The notes: generated from the sequence alone by a model not told the origin. A stretch of 64,000 bases of DNA from Octopus sinensis (GCF_006345805.1 NC_043004.1:12462001-12526000), one strand, 5' to 3'. Shown: positions 26,761-40,682, counted from the stretch's first letter. Translations and numbers: made by a program.

Positions 26761-28419
26761 AGAATTCACGCCAGTTCTACCTGTTATCGCCTAAGTGTTT
26801 GTTATCACTACGCTTTCAACTGTGCCCCAATCCAAACAGCAAGATATCCGGCATATTTCTAACTGACCATCTCTTTCAACTTTCACAACTCTAATGTCAA
26901 TGCTATATCAGAACAGCGGCTTCTTTTCATATCAAGCACAGTAATAACAAACCTCTGGAAGCATTAGTTATTTCCGACTCCTCAATTAAAGAATTTTTCA
27001 TATTTTAATGCTGTAATTTACCATACCTGTTCCTCCTTCAAACAGCTATTTGTAACTTCAACATTATCAGACTTTTCTTCATTTTGCACTTTTTTAATAT
27101 GCTTATAACATTTACCGTGTCGTCTGACACTATCATCTGTTTTATCTCTGCTGTCTTTACGTGTTGAAATGTCAATAAACTAGCATTTCACCGACAATGA
27201 ATCTTTTCTTTAAGACACCATACATTTAGCTCTTACATATATGTTGAATTTTCGTCACATACCTATCTTAATGTTATGCAAATACAAGCTTCTATTATTA
27301 TTTTGCATTTTGCAACATTTTGCAACATTTTGCATATCTGTAAGACACTTTCATTTTGAGTAGATCGTATTCTAAACTTGTTCACGTTATTTAAAATGGC
27401 AAATTTTGTTTGAAACTTATTCAATCAAATACCTTCTGTTTATAATATTTTGTACTTCCTTGTTTAGCATGGCCATAGGATTTTCTTTTCTTTTACAATT
27501 TAAATATTAAATATATTTGTGTGAGTGTGAGTGTGTATACGTGTTTTGAAGTTGCTATTTGCGTAATAGTATATTAGAACTCGTAATAGTACTTAGTGAC
27601 CTTCCATAACAACTCACTAAAGCTTCTACACACGTTCTACAATTGTACAAACAATGACGATAATGCACTAGAAAGCAACTCCAAAGCTGAATAGTTTGCT
27701 TATTGCTTCGCCGTCAACACAAATTTAACATCAAGATTCTCAATCAGTTTAACAGCTAATTCATTTAAAATTAGATTTTATCAACATATACAGACTCTTT
27801 GCCGTCGAAGTTTTTTTGGAATTTAATATTGAACAAAACATCAATTGATATAAAACAGAAAGTACTATTATTCGCAAAACCATTTACGACCTTCAGAGCA
27901 TCTTGTCAATTTTGCACCCCTGAGTCTTTTGAAATTATGCTTTCTATGCCTTCCAATCCACATGGTTCCGAGTTCAATCCCACTGCGCAGCACGTTGGAA
28001 AAGTGTCTTCAAGTATAGCCTGAGACCGACATACCGAACGGTGTTGGTATGTTTATGTCCCCATAACCTAGCGGTTCGGCAAAACAGACCGATAGAATAA
28101 GTGCAAGCAAGACTGTAATCTAATGACTTAAACACGTAACAGATAAAAGATGATCCAATCAAGATCTCCAAAATATTCTCACCCCATTTCTCAACATTTG
28201 CCAAAATAGAATAAATGAAAATTTAGTAAGCATTTCTTCCGTTTAGATATAAAACTCTTTGGATGTGCAATAAATGACCATTGAGAGTAATCGCACTAGT
28301 AATAAATTTAATGATATCATTTTGATTATTTGTCATTTTCGTGTGTATATTTGTACTCACTTAGGAACCCCATTTCTACTGAAGAAATTTATCAGCAACA
28401 GTAAATGTGTCATTAATAT

Positions 28420-28720
28420 TTTTGCGTAATTTTGGCACGAGGGCAGCAGTTTTGAGGGGATGGATCAAATCGATTACATCGACCCCCCAAAACTTAATTG
28501 AGTTCGCATTTTGGCATAAGGCTAGCAATTTCGGAGTAGGGGTTAAGTCGATTATATATATCGACCCCAGTGATCAACTACTATTTATTTTATCGACCCC
28601 GAAATGATGAAAGGCAAAAACTGACCTCGGCGGAATTTGAACTCAGAACATAAAGATAGACGAAATGCTGCTAAGCCCTTTGTCAAACGAGCTAACGATT
28701 CTACCAGCTCACCGCCTGCG
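28420..28720 (-). mobile_element. SINE family B, composite degenerate copy
   Basis: TCGACCCCGAAATGATGAAAGGCAAAAACTGACCTCGGCGGAATTTGAACTCAGAAC..CCAGCTCACCGCC. Confidence 0.8.
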
Positions 28721-29020
28721 GTATTAATAATTCTATGCAGTATATGTCTCTGCAGTATTAATAATTCTGTAATAAATGTCTGTATTTGATAAACGTAGAC
28801 GCTGTAAAAATGTTCTATCTGTTTGTACTCCTTCAACCAATTAGTGGTATTTGGTTTTTAATGTGTCATAGTATTCCATTCTTTTCCATGAATGCAACAA
28901 GTCTCACACTTCCACATTCCACGCTAACAACAATAAATCGAGGCTAGACGTATTTCCACATTCATCATAGTACATAATATTTTATGATAATTTGCATGTT
29001 ATTATATATCCAAATGTGAA

Positions 29021-29351
29021 GGCGCATGGCTCAGTGGTTAGAGCGTCGAGCTTACGATTGTGAGGTTGTGAGTTCGAATCCCGGACCGGGCTGCGTGCTG
29101 TGTTCTTAAGCAAGACACTTTATTTCACGTTGCTCCAGTACACTCAGCTGTAGAAATGAGTTGCGACGTCACTGGTGCCAAGCTGTATCGGCCCCTTTGC
29201 CTTTCCCTTGGATAACACTGGTGGCGTGGAGAGGGGGGCGGTATGCATGGGTGACTGCTGGTCTTCTATAAACAACCTTGCCTGGACTTGTGCCTGGGAG
29301 GGTAATTTTCTAGGTGCAATCCCATGGTCAGTCATGACTGAAGGCGGTCTC
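29021..29351 (+). mobile_element. tRNA-derived SINE family C, full length
   Basis: A box TGGCTCAGTGG 29027-37, B box GTTCGAATCC 29072-81, tRNA-like head lacking a canonical acceptor 3' end, about 260-bp body. Confidence 0.85.
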
Positions 29352-29441
29352 AGCGTATCTCCAAATTATTTTCTAGATAAGATTTTTTCGTTGAATGTTA
29401 TAGATAATTTCTGCACGTTTCATATAGTAATTTATATTGTA

Positions 29442-29838
29442 CTAGCAGTATCGCCCGGCGTTGCTCGGGTTTGTAAGAGAAATAACTATATAAGCATTTT
29501 TAGAGAGTTATAGCCAAAAAATAGCAAAAAAATGCATTAAAAATGGGAAAAAAATGATGGTAAATTTTTTTTAAATCGTTGACTCATCGTAGACATTTTT
29601 AGAGAGTTACTTCCCTTATATAATAGCGAAAAAATGCATTAAAATGGAAAAAAATGATGGTAATTTTTTTTTTAAATCGTAGACTCATCGTAGACGCACG
29701 CTAATACCCAGAAGGGCTCGATATGAATCACGACTATAAGATACCCGGTTTTGGTTAAACTGCACCGCAAAATGTGGGAGTAGTTAGGAATCTAAATCGT
29801 AGGAGACAGACACACAACTTCACTTTTATATATAAAGT
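29442..29838 (-). mobile_element. Non-autonomous Helitron (about 400 bp)
   Basis: Minus strand starts CTTTATATATAAAAGTGAAGTTGTGTGTCTGTC and ends CCCGAGCAACGCCGGGCGATACTGCTAG|T, matching the terminus at 2215-2243; internal duplication of about 100 bp. Confidence 0.88.
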
Positions 29839-30632
29839 TTACATATTTTTGTTTCGTAAAGGTTCCACACACATAAATATCACAGGTGTAATAGAAAACC
29901 ATGCTAAACTAATATCAAAAGTAAATATTTTATGTAATTCTTGTTCATATATGTCTTCAGTAACTATACATGTAAACTATACAACTAACACCATTAAAAA
30001 ATACTACATTTTGATTACGTCATCATTTTCCTGTACGAAATTATTTAAGTAACCTTTTGACTTTTTCTCGTCAATAGTTTAATTTTTAAAACAATTAAGT
30101 TAATTATTCAACAAAGATAATTTCTGATTTTACAGTAAATCTTTAAAAGAAAAATGTACTTTTCCCAAAATTTTTCTGCTGAGATAATCTCTTCGTTGTA
30201 TCTTAGTAAATACACCAGAGGGAGCTAGTAGGACATATTGATTTTGTTCAAAACACATTAATTCGTTCATTAATTTCAAAATATTTTAATGTTCTAATAC
30301 ATTAACAAAAAGTAGATAATTAACTCAAACTGTTTAATTGTTATCAATAGGTATTTACTAAAATTGAACTCGTTTAGAATTTCTTCTACCATATAAAAAT
30401 ATTAGATTATTTCTTTAATTGAATATCATCCTTATTAAAGTTTCATTTAATGTTTGTTTTCATTTTCTAAAACACTAATAAATGACCCATTGTTTTACGA
30501 AAGGAATATTCTGCTTCAATGAAATGTGGCAAATTATACAAAATAAATATTAAAAAACACAAAGTGGAAATAAAATATATATTACTTTCTATATATATCT
30601 ATATATACTACCTTATATATATATATGTATGT

Positions 30633-30736
<104 letters not shown>

Positions 30737-31960
30737 CCATAAACACGAAAATTTGAAATTCAAAAAGTCTTTGTATAAACGTATTTTAATTATCTATTTT
30801 CATCATTAGAACATCTGCAACGTCAAATTAAGAGTTGTAAATTAATTTCCATTTGTAAATATCTTCGGCTTAAAAGAAGTTCCAACCCTCCTGGCAAAAA
30901 CAAACAGCCGACCGCGTTATGAGTACTTGGTTCAGGAGATAAATACCATATTTTTGATTATCTTTACGCCTGTTTAATGACAGGAAAAATGCAAATCTTA
31001 AAGAATTAACATCTTAAAGTAAAGTGAATCGGATAGCTGCGTCAATGATAGTCAAATTATTTGCATTTCACAGGGATTATTTGTAGATATGAGTCGTATC
31101 CAGATTTCTCTGCAACATTATTGGAGTAGTACTAATGTATTGTTTTATCCTCTACTACGAACAAAACATAACAGAAAAGTTGTCCTCTTTTAGGGAATGG
31201 AACGCTGTTATATAAGTAGGAATCCTTCCAATGGTGCCAAATTTTTTGTCTTTCAATAATTATTGAAAGAACGAATCTTGCATTAAAGTCCTTGCATTAA
31301 TATCTAGACGATCTACAGTTGTTAAAATATAAAATAATTAAAGAAAAGGAAGGAAGAGGTAAAAAGTCCAAAGAAAAAGGAAGGAGAGAAATAAATAAAC
31401 AGTTCAATAGAGAGTTTTTTTAAAAATAAAAGTTAGATGAAGAGAGAGCAACAGTTCAAAACACAGCAAAGGCCACTCGGTACTCCAGGCCAAAATTTTA
31501 ACACAATTGTAAAACAGTTAAAAATCATTCCAATTTTCTTCTAGGTACTCCTTGACAGGAACAATATTGTTGAAACACTATTTTCAAACAAACTTTTGCG
31601 ACAACAATTTTCACAATTAAATGAAAAAATTTTTCACTCAACCTCAGGTGGAAAAGAGTCTAGTGAGGACTTCTTGTTTGTAAAAATAATTGCGACATAC
31701 AACAGACCCTCTGTAGACAGAAGAAAGCCTTACCTTACAGCTGAGTTTCAAAAGGCTTCAATTTAAGACGGCTTCAAAAGCACATCTTAACGCTTCGGTG
31801 TCAAACACAACTTTATCTCGCTCATGCGCAGTAAGCAAGCTGCTTACCACAAAGCCACTGGGTAAGCAAACTACTTACAACACAGTCACTCCTGCTCCTA
31901 CATATGTTTTATATATATTTATATATTCATATTTTTCTCTTTTTTTCTCTCTCTCTCTCT

Positions 31961-33148
31961 AGTTTCAGCTCAGAGCTGCAGCCATGCTGATGCACCGCCG
32001 TTCGGCTACACTGTACCTCCTAAGTACATCCTCTAATAGGTGGCACTTGGTGAAGAATGGAGTTTGATGTAGGTACCCTCATTTGCACTTCTTGCCGTGA
32101 GGTAGGTTCATCTGGGACTCTCGACAGGAAGATGTCCAGCTTTGATTTAAAAACCGCTACATCTACTTTGTGCAAGTTCATCAGACTCTTTGGGGGAATA
32201 TTAAAAGGCTGTGGGCCCTTGAAGCCCAGGCTGTTGCAGTAACTGGTCCTGAAGCGTGATGGCATTGCTGGGATCTTTGGCACTATGCAGTGTCGTCCCG
32301 TTCTGGCATTGGTGTAGGTTTCAATGCCAAAATTTGGCACAATTCCTTCCAGGATCTTCCAGATATATATTACTGCATAACTCTCCCGTCTTCTCTCCAG
32401 GAAGTAGAGACTTAGCTGTTACAACTATTCCCAGTAGCTGAGCTGTAGCAAAGAGACGATCTTCTTTGTGAATCTTCTCTGGATTGCTTCAAGGTCCGCT
32501 ATTAATTTCACACTGGTGGGTGACCATAGCTGTAAGCAGTAATCCAGGCGGCTGAGGATGAATGTCCGCCAGAGGACCATCATGGTTTCCTTATCTCTGG
32601 TTCTGAATGTTCTTAGGATCCATCCAGCCAGTCGTCTGCACTTTGTCGCCATCCTGGTAATGTGCACTTGGAAAGAGGTATCATCACTCATGTCGATACC
32701 TACCCAGGTCCCTCACCGACTTAGGCTCTGGGATTGAAATTCCCTGCGGACCGGTGTACCCTGTATATTTCATATTCAGTTGTGGACGCTGGTAGTGTAG
32801 GGCTTGGAATTTTGCAGCATTAAACTGCATATTATTATCCTCAGCCCATCTGTAAATTGAGTCCAACTCCTGCTGCAGGTTTGCTACATCGCTGGGGTTC
32901 TGTATTTTCTGCCAGACTTTCGTATCCTCTGCATAGCTCGCCTGAGTAGCTATCCGGGCATTTGAGGGCATATCTGAGAGGGCCACTATAAAAAGCAGTG
33001 GTCCCAAGACAGTGCCCTGTTGAACATCGCTCACTATTTGTGTGTTCATAGAGGTGGCTATTTGTGTGGCTTCATAGAGTATTCAGCCACTACTGCCTGA
33101 CTCCCATCTTTCAGGAAGTCATGTAACCACTCTCCAAGTTTTCCAGCT

Positions 33149-33150
<2 letters not shown>
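31961..33150 (-). mobile_element. CR1/L2-group LINE, 5' truncated
   Basis: VQQGTVLGPLLF, YAEDTK, RLAGWILRTFRTRD, GFKGPQ..VPDEPT; 3' tail with CAGCTCTGAGCTG stem-loop. Confidence 0.9.
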
Positions 33151-33194
<44 letters not shown>

Positions 33195-33687
33195 TCACAA
33201 CCTTCCACTTCTTTCATTTACGATCAGACAAGCAACATTTCCGGAAATATAAAGAATTTTTCATTAGAAAGTACGAACGAATCACTGCTGAACATACAAA
33301 ACTGATATTTCATTCCTCAATAACGAGATTCTCTTTGTTTGTTTTCTTTTTAAAGATGCATATATCCAAATAGAAGTGGATGACACCCACACATTCAATC
33401 ATTCTCGAAGACGATTTGCTACAATTGAGCAATGAACAGACCTCACTGAAAAAGAGTAGATCTACATACCAAACTGTAAAATTAACTTATATTATACATT
33501 ATTAGAAAATTAAATTAATTAGAACTACCAGTGATGTCATTCTTTTCCTTTTTCATATATATAACGGCTATCTCTCAAGAACGCAAGGTCACATATTCAG
33601 ACTAATATGCAACACACCGTTGAAATCCTAGTGTGAAACCGATTGGTAAGATTGGTCGTAATGAATATATAATACATTACACTTCAA

Positions 33688-33755
<68 letters not shown>

Positions 33756-34153
33756 GTGTGTGTGTGTATGTGTGCGTGTTTGTATTTAGATGTATGAGTG
33801 CGTGTATATATGAATGATAGGAGATACGAACGTCCAAATCTTCCCACTGATTCGTCGTTGTCCTATCGTTCAATTGCCTTTACAATAAACACATCAAAGT
33901 TAATCATAAATTACACCACACAGCATGTGTCAATATCTATTATGCTTATGTAAACATAATTATACATGCTTCAAATATTGTTTTGGATTGGAGCTCAAGT
34001 TATTGAAAGCGCGTGATCAGGAACTAGACTATCATGATAATTACATTTATTAAGGGTAATTGCATAACACAACATAGAATATATGAATAAATTAATTCTA
34101 TATCTGGTGGATTCTCTTATTGTCTGTTTGTGTGTGTATGCGTACGCATATAT

Positions 34154-34235
<82 letters not shown>

Positions 34236-34250
34236 ATATATATATACATA

Positions 34251-34295
<45 letters not shown>

Positions 34296-34984
34296 TGCAT
34301 AAGTAGATATGTATATATTATGTCTTTATGTATATGCGCTTTCATACATAGATGCTCTTTCATACATATGCGCTTTCATACATAGATGCATGTATATAAA
34401 CTTATTTACATATATTTAAAAACAGACATTTATATATTCCTTTTTACATACATGTATACATACACACATACACATATAAAACATATACATACATATCTAT
34501 ATATCTATATATATATATATATATACATCGATACATATTTACATTCTTATAAATGTAATTATATATATATATATATATATGAATGTGTGAGCATGTATGT
34601 ATGTATGTATGTATGTATGTATGTATGTATGTATGTATGCATGTATGTATGTATGTATGTATGTGTGTGTGTGTAAATCTATGTATATGTGTGTGTGAGG
34701 AAGAACGACAGAATCATTAGAGCATCGAATAAAATGCCTTCCTGCGTTATTTGTTCTGGCCATTTACGCTCTGAATTCAAATACCATTGAGATCAAATTT
34801 GTCTATCATTCTTCCGGTGTAGCGGATCTCTGAATGCCTCCATTTTTAAGTTAGCACAGATTACTCCCTCGCAAGATGTGTGTATGTGTATGTGTGTGTG
34901 TGTGTGTATATATATATTTATATATATATAATTATTTATATATTTATTTATTTATGCATAACATTTTTCTCCTTTCCTGTCGTA

Positions 34985-35172
34985 TAAGTAGTAGTATTAG
35001 TAGTAGTAGTAGTAGTGGTGATGGTGCTGGTGAAGATGATGGTGGTAGTGTAAACAGTAGTAGCAGTAGTGTCATTATCATCATAAACCACATCAACAGC
35101 AGCAGCAGTGCTAGCAACAGCAGGAGCAGCTCCAGCAGGAGTAGGAGCAGGAGCAGCAGCAGTAGCAGCAGC

Positions 35173-35204
<32 letters not shown>

Positions 35205-35230
35205 TAGTAGTAGTCGTGATGGTGGTGGTG

Positions 35231-35263
<33 letters not shown>

Positions 35264-35448
35264 TAGTAGTAGTAGTAGTAGTAGTAGTAGAAGTAGTAGT
35301 AGGAGGAGGAGAAGAAGAAGAAGAGAAGAAGTAGAAGAAGAAGAAGAAGAAAAGAAGAAGAAGAAGAAGAAGAAGAAGAAGAAGAAGAAGAAGAAGCAGA
35401 AGAAGAAGAAGAAGAAGAAGAAGAAGAAGAAGAAGAAGAAGAAGAAGA
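34985..35448. repeat. Compound trinucleotide microsatellite (GTA)/(GCA)/(GTG)/(GGA)/(GAA)
   Basis: Directly visible. Confidence 0.95.
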
Positions 35449-35618
35449 GTTCAAATCCCACCGAAGCCGACTTTGCGTTTCATCTTTTCGGGGACGATAA
35501 TAGAAGTACCAGTTCAGTACTGGAGTCGTAGTAATCGACTATCCCATTCCAACCAAATTGCTGACCGCGTGCCAAAATTTGAAATCATTATTATTATCAC
35601 CAACATCATTATTATTAT

Positions 35619-35787
35619 TCAGTATTTTTATTTATATAGCGTGCTTTCACTTCACTACCGAGCGCAGCTCTGTGTGCCTTGAGTACATGCTGTGGTTTGG
35701 TTTGATGATCTTATGGTTACTCTATAGAAAGTGTTTTGCGTAGGATGTGTGCTGTGCCAAGTAGTGCAATTTTTTGTATGTTATATA
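35619..35787 (-). mobile_element. R4/Dong-type LINE, very short 3' end copy
   Basis: Homologous to 35893-36060 (AGCGTGCTTTCACTTCACTACCGAGCGCAGCTCTGTGTGCCTTG); ends in (AAT)n. Confidence 0.85.
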
Positions 35788-35809
35788 TATCTGTATCATC
35801 ATCATCATC

Positions 35810-35892
<83 letters not shown>

Positions 35893-35896
<4 letters not shown>

Positions 35897-37521
35897 TAGT
35901 TTTATTTTTATAGCGTGCTTTCACTTCACTACCGAGCGCAGCTCTGTGTGCCTTGGGTATGTGCTGTGATTTGTTGTGATGCTCTGATGGTTATTGTATG
36001 GAAAGTGTTCTGCGTAGGATGTGTGCAGTGCCTAGTAGTGCAATTTTCTGTATGTTATATGTGTTTGTAAGTCCTGGTGTTTTTTTTTATGTATTTGTCT
36101 GAATATTTTTTTATCATGCCTAGTGCACCTACTATGATAGGAATTGTTTCTGTTTTCAGGTTCCACATTCTAGTTACCTCTATTCCAGGTCTTTGTATTT
36201 TGAGAGTTTCTCCATTTCTTTAGAGACACGTTGTCATCTGCCGGTATTGATACATCAATTAGAAAGCATTTTTTTCTTCATGATCTCTGACAACTATATC
36301 TGGTCTGTTGGCCTTAATTTCTCTATCTGTGTGTATCGGCATATCCCAGAGTATGGTTGCTTTCTCGTCTGTGTTTCTTGACCTTTTCTGGTGTGTGCCT
36401 ATACCATCTTTTTCTGTTGTTATTCCATAATGTTGCATAGCTTCCAATGTATGTAGGTTCCACCTCTGTCATGTCTGTGAATATATTCCTTCTTAGCCAG
36501 GACTGGGCAGCTAGAGATAATATGATTTATTGTTTCTTGTCCATCTCCACATATTCTGCAGTTACTTGTTATATTTCTTTCATTACATGTTTTTGGTAAT
36601 TTCTGGTGGGCGAGGCTTTGGTCTTGTGCTGCAATTAAAAATCCCTCTGTTTCTGCTTTGAGTCCTGAGCTTCTCAACCATTGCTGGGATTTTTCTTTGT
36701 CTATTTCTTTTGCGTTAGTTTAGTGCAGTATTTACCATGAGGGGCTTTTCTTGCCATCGTTTTATCATGGCTCGTTGCTGTTTCTATTTTTAGTTTGGAT
36801 TTCATTTGTTTTATAGCTTTTGTTGTTTCTTCTTCTTCATCATCTTCTTCTTCTTCTTTGTATTTATTAGGTGGTATGATTCTTGTTTTATTTGTCAGCT
36901 TCCTTAAATACTGAGAACAGTTTTTTGTTTTGCTCGTGTTTTGCTGCTATCTGGATCAGTTTTCCTTCCTTCTGAAGTAGGTATTTTTGCAGTCCTATGG
37001 TGGTTATTTTATAGTAGTTTTCCAGCTGTATAAGGCCTCTACCACCTTCTATACGTTTTATATATAGTCTTTCTATGTCAGATTTTGGGTGATGCATCCT
37101 AGATCCTGTCAGTATTTTTCTTGTTTTCCTATCTATTTTGGACAGTTCATTTCGTGTCCAGTTAAGGATATTGTAGCTGTAACTTATAACTGGGACAGCT
37201 AAAGTGTTGATACCTATTATCTTGTTTTTAGCATTGAGCTCTGTTTTTAGTATTGATCTAACTCGTCTATAATATTCTTTTTTTATTTTCTCTTTCATTT
37301 GTGTGTGTTGTGTCTTATCTAGTTCATGGATTCCTAAGTATTTGTAAGTTTGGCTTTGGTCTAATTCTTTTATTTCATTGGTTTTATCTAGTGTGATGTT
37401 GTTACTCTTAACTAGTTTTCCTCTTTTCATGGTTACTTTGGCGCATTTTTCTAATCCAAATTTCATATCTATTTCTTTGGTAAATCCATGAACTGTCTTT
37501 AATAGTGTTTCCAGCTGTTTG

Positions 37522-37522
<1 letters not shown>
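35893..37522 (-). mobile_element. R4/Dong-type LINE, 5' truncated, flanked by (TAA)n
   Basis: MKFGLEKCAKV, YKYLG, INTLAVPV, HPKSDIERLY..GGRGL, AAQDQ, zinc knuckle CRICGDGQETINHIISSCP, ILWDMPIHTDREIKANRPDIVV (endonuclease); TAA arrays at 35815-35892 and 37523-37838. Confidence 0.92.
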
Positions 37523-37582
<60 letters not shown>

Positions 37583-37655
37583 CATCATCATCATCATCAT
37601 CATCATTATTATTATTATTTTATTATTATTATTATCCTTATCATTATCATTATCA

Positions 37656-37692
<37 letters not shown>

Positions 37693-37693
37693 C

Positions 37694-37835
<142 letters not shown>

Positions 37836-37836
37836 T

Positions 37837-38189
37837 ATGTGGAATTGGTTGAACGATATTTGACATCTAGAGTGCCTTCCACATGTTCAAAAATTACATG
37901 TCAGTCTACTTCATGTTTTTTGTTAAGATTATATATTTATATTTATTTATTTATCTATTTATTATTTATTTATTTTGTTATACAGAAATAGAAAAAAGAA
38001 GAGTGCTAGGCAAAATAATAATAATAACTGCTAAAAATAAATATAAAGGATATAATATTACCAAAAAAACATGAAGTAGACTGACATGTAAGTTTTGAAC
38101 CTGTGGAAGGCACACTAGTTGCTGAAATATCGTTCAACCAATTTCACATGATAACTATGGTACTCTTCTATTTTTTATTTCTGTATAAC
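37837..38189. mobile_element. Fold-back element with about 86-bp inverted arms, each carrying a degenerate hammerhead-like motif
   Basis: 37837-37922 vs the reverse complement of 38062-38149; a second inverted pair 37976-38006 / 38160-38189. Right arm: TTGAAC-CTGTGGA-A-GGCA/TGCT-GAAATATC|GTTCAA. Confidence 0.65.
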
Positions 38190-38325
38190 TTCTGGAGGAG
38201 TTACCTCAGTCCTGTATAATCTTCTTCTTCTTCTTCTTCTTCTTCTGCTCCTTCTCCTTATTATTATTATTATTATTATATTATTATATTATTATTATTA
38301 TTATTATATATTATTATTATTATTA

Positions 38326-38362
<37 letters not shown>

Positions 38363-38364
38363 TA

Positions 38365-38402
<38 letters not shown>

Positions 38403-38432
38403 TTATTATTATTATATTATTATTATTATTAC

Positions 38433-38471
<39 letters not shown>

Positions 38472-38529
38472 CATCATCATCATCATCATTACTCGGTGCT
38501 AAATAACATTAAAAACAAGAACACAATAT

Positions 38530-38950
38530 CGCTTTCAAATTTTGGCACGAGGCCAGTGTGTTCGAGGCAGAGTGATGACTTGATTACATCGTCCCCAGTA
38601 CTCAACTGGTACTTATTTATCGACCCCGAAAAAATCAAAGGCAAAGTTCACCTCGGCAGAATTTGAACTCAGATCATAAAACGCAGATGAAATGCCGCTA
38701 AGCCTTTCTCCCGGCGAGCTAACCATTCTGCAAGCTAGTATTGATTTCAAATTGGCACAAGGCCAGCAATCTTGTAGGAGAGGGTAGATCAACTACCTCG
38801 ACCCTTCCGCCAGTGCTTAATTAGTACTTATTATACTGACCCCGAAAGGATAAAATGCAAAGTCCACTTCGGCGGAATTTGAACTCAGGTAGACGGATGA
38901 AATGCTGCGAGGCGTTTTGCCCGGCGTGTTAACGTTTCTGCCAATTCGCC
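38530..38950 (-). mobile_element. SINE family B, two degenerate copies
   Basis: Two GACCCCGAAA..AAA.GCAAAGT.CAC.TCGGC.GAATTTGAACTCAG blocks with head remnants. Confidence 0.75.
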
Positions 38951-39169
38951 CCCTTTAAAAATTCTTTATGATATTCTCACCTTGTTCTGAGTTTTGTTGC
39001 ATAGTCGTAACTCTTCTTGTAATTCAGACAAAATTCTCTTCCGGGCAGAGAAATTCGCAAATTCGCTGAATGACTGTTCCCATTTGTTGGTACTTCCTAG
39101 TTCACGACACCTGGAATATGAAGAAGACAGACGACATTGAAATGTTTTGGTGTATTGTATGCGGTTTGT

Positions 39170-39548
39170 TTATTCTTTTATTCTCTTATTTGTTTCAGTC
39201 ATTTGACGGCAGCCATGCTGGAGCACCGCTTTTAGTCGAGCAAATCGCCCCCAGGACTTATTCTTTGTAAGCCTAGTACTTATTCTATCGCTCTCTCTTG
39301 CCGAACCGCTAAATGACGTGGACGCAAACACACCAGCATCGGTTGTTAAGCGATGTTGGGGGGACAGACACAGACACGCAAACATTTACACAACACACAC
39401 ACACACACACACATATATATAAATATTATATATATATATATATACGACGGGCTACTTTCAGTTTCCGTCTACCAAATCCACTCACAAGGCTTTGGTCGGC
39501 CCAAGGCTGTGGTAGAAAACATTTGCCCAAGGCGCCACGCAGTGGGAC
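39170..39548 (-). mobile_element. SINE family A, head truncated
   Basis: Tail GTTTCAGTCATTTGACGGCAGCCATGCTGGAGCACCGC, internal (CA)/(TA) tract, body to CCACGCAGTGGGACT. Confidence 0.88.
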
Positions 39549-40146
39549 TGTTGTCCAGGAAATATTGTTATGGCCATCGTAGATCACGTGCTCTCGTTAG
39601 TTCATCTTTGTCGTCGTCGTCGTTGTCATCGTGGTTGTCATCGTCGTCATCGTTATCGCCATCACCACTACCACCACCACAACAACAACAACAACCACTC
39701 CCATTACCAACAACAACAACACTATTATCGCTATTGTTTATATTATTTACATTGTTTACATTTGACGGTATTTGTCCCAACCTATTTGTTGTTTCCGCTG
39801 ATATACTCTTCAGTCTTCATCAGGTGACTTGGGGAAATACACACATTCACACATATGCGTACGTATATGCCTGTATATATATATCAAATGATCATGTGAC
39901 CGACCAGGCTATCAGATGTTGCTACATATAGCTGGTAACAATGTGCTTATTGCATTGTTTTAGCCTTCGAATGACGCCACCCCGCTGGCTAGGAGAGCAG
40001 ACGATCAATCCCCACCCCTGATCAAAGAGAGGCTGGAGAAACGAGAAGTGAAGTATTTTGCTCAAGAACACAACGTGACGCCGAGTCAGGGAGTCGAATA
40101 CAAACTTACATTCATACATATAAATATATATATATATATATAAACA

Positions 40147-40179
<33 letters not shown>

Positions 40180-40331
40180 CCACACACAGAGACAAAACAC
40201 ACACACACATACACAAACACATATATACATATAATGAATAATATAAAGGTAATAAAAGTTTTAGAAATTTTCACTACCAGTGGCCTAGCGTGTAGAAAAA
40301 TTAGTCAATAGACTATATATTATTTATATAG

Positions 40332-40675
40332 ATACAGCGTACATTTAATCACATAATGGGTATCCATCATAGGATTCTTGGCACGCTAGAAGGAACAGCC
40401 AAAATCCAAGCCACTATTAGAGATAAACTTCGAAGGGAATGAAAAATAAAACATTTACCATCTATCTCCTGGACCATGGTTTCAGACATTTTTTAGCAAA
40501 TAAAATAATTTGCTAGGCAAATTCTTCATCAACAGGTACGCTTAGATTAAACATAGATGGTAAATGTTTTTATTTTTCATTCCTTCGAAGTTTATCCCTA
40601 ATAGTGGTTGGTTTGGATTTTGGCTGTTCCTTCTAGCGTGCCACGAATCCAATGACGGATGTGTTTAAATGTACA

Positions 40676-40682
<7 letters not shown>
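40332..40682. mobile_element. Fold-back element: about 130-bp inverted arms around an 87-nt spacer containing a hammerhead
   Basis: 40332-40465 vs the reverse complement of 40553-40682, with a few substitutions and small indels. Confidence 0.85.
40468..40536 (-). ncRNA. Minimal type I hammerhead ribozyme (U3 variant core) with extended stem II
   Basis: Minus strand: CCTG-TTGATGA-AGA.ATTT..TAGCAAAT/ATTTGCTA..AAAT.TCT-GAAAC-CATG-GTC|CAGG; palindromic ACCATGGT; predicted cleavage between 40472 and 40471. Confidence 0.75.

Noticed and set aside
29021-29090. tRNA-like sequence with A and B boxes
   Set aside because: Head of a SINE; lacks a complete cloverleaf and acceptor stem and continues into SINE body.
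33350-33390. LKDAYIQIEVDD resembling a Gypsy RT motif
   Set aside because: Only about 10 residues; flanking translation does not continue the similarity.
33600-33655. Hammerhead-like 3' half (GTGT-GAAAC-CGATTG-GTA)
   Set aside because: No CUGANGA core and no stem I pairing.
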